Assembly (NCBI GenBank): GCA_002269645.1
Contig: NIVC01001394.1
Span: 7,148-71,147, forward strand
Reading direction: 5' to 3'
Length of the DNA: 64,000 bases
DNA from: Macrostomum lignano
Taxonomy: Eukaryota
Shown: piece by piece, positions 47,036 through 64,000 of the stretch
How positions within the stretch are numbered: the first letter of the stretch is position 1
Layout of the letters: each line of letters starts with the position of its first letter
Program-made: the position numbers and the translations under genes
The notes under the pieces: model-generated
Database searches by the model: none
Seen by the model: the letters and a program-made list of their open reading frames with translations, nothing else
Told to the model about the DNA's origin: nothing

Positions 47036-47311
47036 AACAAGTTGGAATTTATTTGACAATGAATCTCTGTTTAATTATATCAACATAAACTTGAATCAAC
47101 ATAACTTTATCTAAATGAATTTGCTTACCGAAATTAAGTGCTGTTACTACCTTAATACAATAGAATTAATAATCTAGCCTTGTACAGTAGTTGGTTTTGA
47201 GGTGCGAAATACAAGTGCGTGTTTTAAACATTGCTTTGGCTGGGTGCAGTGAAAGTGCAAGTGCAAAGATTGAGCGGGTTGTGACGTCGCAGTTTTTAAA
47301 AAAAAGCACAC

Positions 47312-47690
47312 GGGTCTCCCCAAAACACGCACCGCACCGCCCCAAACTGCTACACATTATAACATTTTTTGTCAATGCAGTATTTGATTGCAAGGAAAAC
47401 TATTTGTTGTAAGAGTAATGGAATAAATATCTTTAATTATTATTATAAATATTGTTATTATTTTTTATATTCTCGTTTTCATTATTAAATTATATTATTA
47501 TTACTTGAATAATATTATTATTAATATCACTTATTATTCACTGAATTTTATATTTCAAATTAAAAAAACTAAATTTAATAAAAGCTTTGAAGCTTAACAG
47601 AAAACGCATTTTTTTAGTCTTCAGTTATAGTCCAATTTGTTTTAATGTGTAGCGCTGCAGGGCGGTGCGGGGCGTGTTTTAGGGAGACCC
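47312..47690. mobile_element. Merlin-like MITE copy 2 (379 bp), 8-bp TSD
   Basis: TSD AAGCACAC at 47304-47311 and 47691-47698; termini GGGTCTCCC / GGGAGACCC; homologous to 42541-42912 over its full length. Confidence 0.9.
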
Positions 47691-49674
47691 AAGCACACAG
47701 TGACATGGCACTGTCTATGCATTATAACTAAATTGAAAAACTATAATCCGCAAACATAAAAAACATTTGCATATTAATTTGTAGATATTAATATTCATCT
47801 TTAATTGGCCTAATGAAGTTCTAGCACATGTGCCATAAAATTAAAAGTCAAGTGGATACACTTTCAAAAATGTATTTGTAGAAACTTTTTCTCACCGAAC
47901 CTCATTAAGAGAATAGGGAATCAAGTAAATCGTCATTGCTTCAACCATACATGTAACTTTCTACACTTTTTTTTGCATTTTTGTAATTTTGGGTGCCCCA
48001 TAAGTCTCCACTGCAAGTTTCAGAAAAATCGAAAAATCGGAAGTATTTTATCAACATAAACTTGAAGAAGTCCCACAATTCTGAGCTTACGTGAATGGCT
48101 GCCCTGCCATGCACGCAATTCTAAGCTTATGTGAACAGCTGCCGTGCACGCAAGCTCTTTGTACATACAAATATAATTCCCTATAAAAATATACTAGCTA
48201 GTCAATAGCATATCATCAGGTAACCGAATTTGTCAACAATGCTTGATAAGGTAAACCGAATTCGTCAACAGAGATGACGAATTAGATGTTGACGAATTCG
48301 GTGGCACCCTTGATAATTCAATTACTTCAATTAGTGCGAGAATTTGCACCTAGCCCTAGGCCTTGTACTGACCTGACCTACATTTTACATATATATAGGT
48401 TACCTTTTTTACGTTTACCTTTGCATCCTGCAAAGTTAATACAAATACAATTTATCACAAAAAGGTTGTAATAGCATTCAGCGCTCTTATAAACCATAGG
48501 CCTAGGCCTAGTCAGGATGACGCACCGTCTGGCGTCTGCGAGAGAAAAAAGCCTTTTCGCTGCCTGCCTGCCTGAAACAATAGATGGCTTACTTAATCTA
48601 CACACTGTACCCTCTGCACCGAAAAAATCGGGTCAGCTAATAACACCTAATAATAATAATAATTATTATTATAATTATAATAATAATAAATACTATATAC
48701 CAGATATATTCAGTTTTGCATTTGCACCATCTACGTCAGAAATTAGAGTAAAAAATAGTAGATTTAATAGATTTAAAAATCTTTGAAAACGTTTTTATTA
48801 CTGGTAAAACAAACTACAATGTTATAAATAGTAGCTTTATAGCCCAATGCATTAAGGACAGTTAAAAGCTTAAAAAAATTAATTTAAAGTTGGAATTATA
48901 TGCTTTAACTAAATTAGACAAGGTTACATTTGCAATTGATGTATTTGCACGTCTGTTAAAAATTTGTACACAAGATGTACATGCTATAGTATGTGTACTG
49001 TAGATTCACATGGATAAGCAAGTAAAGGAAAGAGCCAATAATTATACGTCCGCTAAATGGAAAGTAAAATGTTAATTGTTTACATACGATCGTACTGCTG
49101 AACACAAATTGAATGCAATGTAACGTACAGGCACTAGAAAAGGCTGTCTTCTAGTTGTCTTTTTTAGTTGTCCCTGATCGCAAACTGGGGATTTTTAAAA
49201 GGAGCAAGGTAAATGTGTGCGGCATATTAGTTCGAACCTATTTGAACCTTCTGGGGTGCGAGATGTTGACGAATTCGGTGTAATCCGAAGCTGCAGTCGC
49301 AGATTGACAAAGTGACATACTACACTATAGGTAAAAATTTAGACGCATTTCCTCACACCATGACAATTTCAAATCACGTAAAACTTTATGCTACGTTATC
49401 ATAACATTTTATGTTATTATCTAATAAGAATCAACAACTCGTAAATTGTATTTGAATAGACTAATATTGAATTTAATATGCATGTAAAGCGCAGCAAGAA
49501 AATTTGCTATAGTTACTATCCTTTCCTTAGCGTTTTGCAGTAATGAGTCCTCAGTTTTCGAAGTTAATGTGCACCGTATTGCTATATAGAGGCACTTTAC
49601 ATGTAGGCTAATTCAGTGAGTGGAGAATATGATTGCCGTAGATCTACGAATCTCTCGTAATTGAGCCTTGAAGA

Positions 49675-60724
<11,050 letters not shown>

Positions 60725-60849
60725 CTTTAGATGGTGGAGTGAGGTTGTTTTTATTTAGGTTGTTCCCGTAGCAACAGTAGAAATAACAAGTGAATAAAAC
60801 CCTCTTAGTACTCCTTAGCACCGTTTAAGGCTGATTTTTAATCAATCGT

Positions 60850-61145
60850 CTGCATTTTCCCTTCATTTTGACTCAATCGATTGCATTTTCACTCCATTGT
60901 CATTCAATTGTCTGCATTTTCCCTTCATTGTGACCCAATCGGCTGCATTTTCACTCCATTGTCATTCAATTGTCTGCATTTTCACTCCATTGTCACTCAA
61001 CTGTCTGATTTTCACTCTATTGTCACTCATTGTCTGAACTTCTATTCCATTGTCACTCAATTGTCTGCATTTTCACTCCATTGTCACTCAACTGTCTGAT
61101 TTTCACTCTATTGTCACTCATTGTCTGAACTTCTACTCCATTGTG
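60850..61145. repeat. ~30-31 bp degenerate minisatellite (TTTTCACTCCATTGTCACTCAATTGTCTGCA)n
   Basis: About 9-10 copies. Confidence 0.85.
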
Positions 61146-61674
61146 ACTGAAGCTGACTCTGCTCGGAAATCCTCAAATATTACTGGGTAATCAAAAGTTT
61201 TCAATAATCCTGAAGAAAACACAAATCTGGGAGAAGCTGAGTCTTCAATCAGCTGTTCCCAATCTAATCCTTATCTACATACAATTGATATTCTGCTCGT
61301 TGAGTCCCATAGAAATTCCCCACAAAAAAACGCAGTTCATCTAGATCAGCAGAACAGAAAGATAAGCAGCCTGTGTTGCGTCTGCAAAAGGCTGCTTTTG
61401 CAAAAGCAGCAAAAAAAAGAAAAAGAAAAGTATGATTGCCAACCCTTCCTCTTGCTATTCTGCGAGGAGCTGAGGGGAGAGAAATTGGATCGGCACGAGA
61501 GGACGAAGAGGGGTGAGAATTGAAGTATCTGGATCTGGCTGCAGCCTGTCAGGTGCGATACGAGCGCATTTCATGCAGCCTCTTCCACTGCAAGAAAGAG
61601 TTCTTGGACAGAAGAGATCTTGAGAATCACTAAGCAGCTGAGCCAGAGTTTTGTAACCTAAAAGTGCAAATAGC

Positions 61675-62493
<819 letters not shown>

Positions 62494-62837
62494 GGCACAA
62501 GCTCACTTTGAGCTTAGATTAAGCGGCTAGAGAGATGATGGAGGAGGCTGTCCGAGGTGGCCGGCCTGGGCCCTGCACTCTATAATAATCATTAATTAAC
62601 GGCCAGCCGAGACGGAATGCAACTGCCTCAGGACAAGGATGCGTGTGGGAAATTGGGTAGCTTTGGGAATTCGAGGCTGCTGGCAGCAAGTTGCCCTGAC
62701 GCTTCTGGCTGAAACCCCGAGTGTGGCTGAGGCTCTGAGCTTCCCTCCCCGCCTGCCGTCTCCGCCTCTAGACGGGACGTCTAAGATTTTTCCTTGAGTT
62801 GTAAAAAATTTAAATATGAAATAATTGCAGACACCCT

Positions 62838-63148
<311 letters not shown>

Positions 63149-64000
63149 GCAAACAAAAATGCCAGCCGGTGTCCCAGAGAGTCCAGTATAACTGGTCAAT
63201 AAAACTGGCTGACTGCCCCGCCCATTGAGAGGCAGCCAGAAGGCTGATCGGGTGTAAGCAGGAGAACAGTCTCTAGAAATTTCTTCCGCTCCCGTGCACT
63301 CGATGGGCCGATGGAAAGTTTTTCACGCGAGCAGTTCTGCTTTGCAGGTTAATTTCTATTCATTGAAGGAAGCGCCTTAGGTGACTCTTTTGAGATGAAG
63401 GACCCTCGCTTGCTCCGCGAAAGGACAGCTTTCGAGTTTGTGACAATAAAGATAATGTAGTATTGTCCAAGCCAGCGTAGGAGCTTAGCTATTTTATCCT
63501 TTATGAGATATTCAAGCCATTGAAGATTTGCTTTTCATTGTCTATGGCCTTAAAGGGGGCCTTTGGAGCAACCATAGACTTGGGCATAGATCTTTATATA
63601 AGGGAATATTAGATCTATGGACTTGGGCCATAGACAATTAAAAGGAAGCCTTCAATAGCTAGATTTTCACAGGCTGCTCCCCGCTTGCGGACAATGCTAT
63701 TAATTGTGCATATTTGTAGGGATGTCTTACCTTAAGCCGCCGATTAAAGTTCATAGAATGGCGGTACATCACAAATGCTATTGGATCGTCAATTTTGAGA
63801 ACGTTTTTGTCAGGGCCAGAGAGAAGCGAGCGGGTGGATGCATGCAGTTTATAGTTCACTGACAGGAGCACTGGGAGGGAAGGGAAACACTGGGCTCCCG
63901 CTCATAGTCAGTCATTCATCCAATGAAAATCTCCTTGCCCCCAAATACTGACTGGCCCTCAGGCTTTTCTCCCATTTTTCCCCAATCTCATCCCTCCGTT

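Larger units (their letters stand above)
45928..48073. mobile_element. Merlin-like non-autonomous element (2146 bp), ~30-bp TIRs, 8-bp TSD
   Basis: TSD CACAATTC at 45920-45927 and 48074-48081. TIR GGACTTCTTCAAGTTTATGTTGATAAAATA / TATTTTATCAACATAAACTTGAAGAAGTCC. GG...CC termini with an 8-bp TSD fit the Merlin/IS1016 superfamily. Confidence 0.85.

Overview
Repeat-rich invertebrate animal genomic DNA with GC-rich exons, some very short introns, TTAGGG repeats and minisatellite-filled introns. A free-living flatworm such as Macrostomum is an inference only. Genes: the 3' part of an NMDA-receptor GluN2/Nmdar2-like gene (+, 1-7463), an intronless double alpha-crystallin small HSP (-), tRNA-Gln(UUG) (-), SMIM15 (-) and an anoctamin/TMEM16 gene (-, 13 coding exons reconstructed, 49675-60724, 5' end not found). 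Most of the rest is mobile DNA. The standout is a ~20 kb head-to-tail train of non-autonomous Helitron-like units (14474-34816). Two related variants alternate A-B-A-B-A and a different family (C) is joined flush to the last 3' end. Each unit ends in a hairpin (GAA loop, one AGA) followed by CTCG or CTAG. C appears to carry several satellites and two tRNA-like Pol III heads. Also present: a Crypton-like tyrosine-recombinase fragment with an over-represented CCATAGAC octamer, and nested hAT and Merlin-like elements with verifiable target-site duplications (TSDs). One Merlin-like element has a ~160-bp tandem array built on its own terminal-inverted-repeat (TIR) core. Several introns contain arrays of decoy splice acceptors. 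No CRISPR or prokaryotic system is supported.
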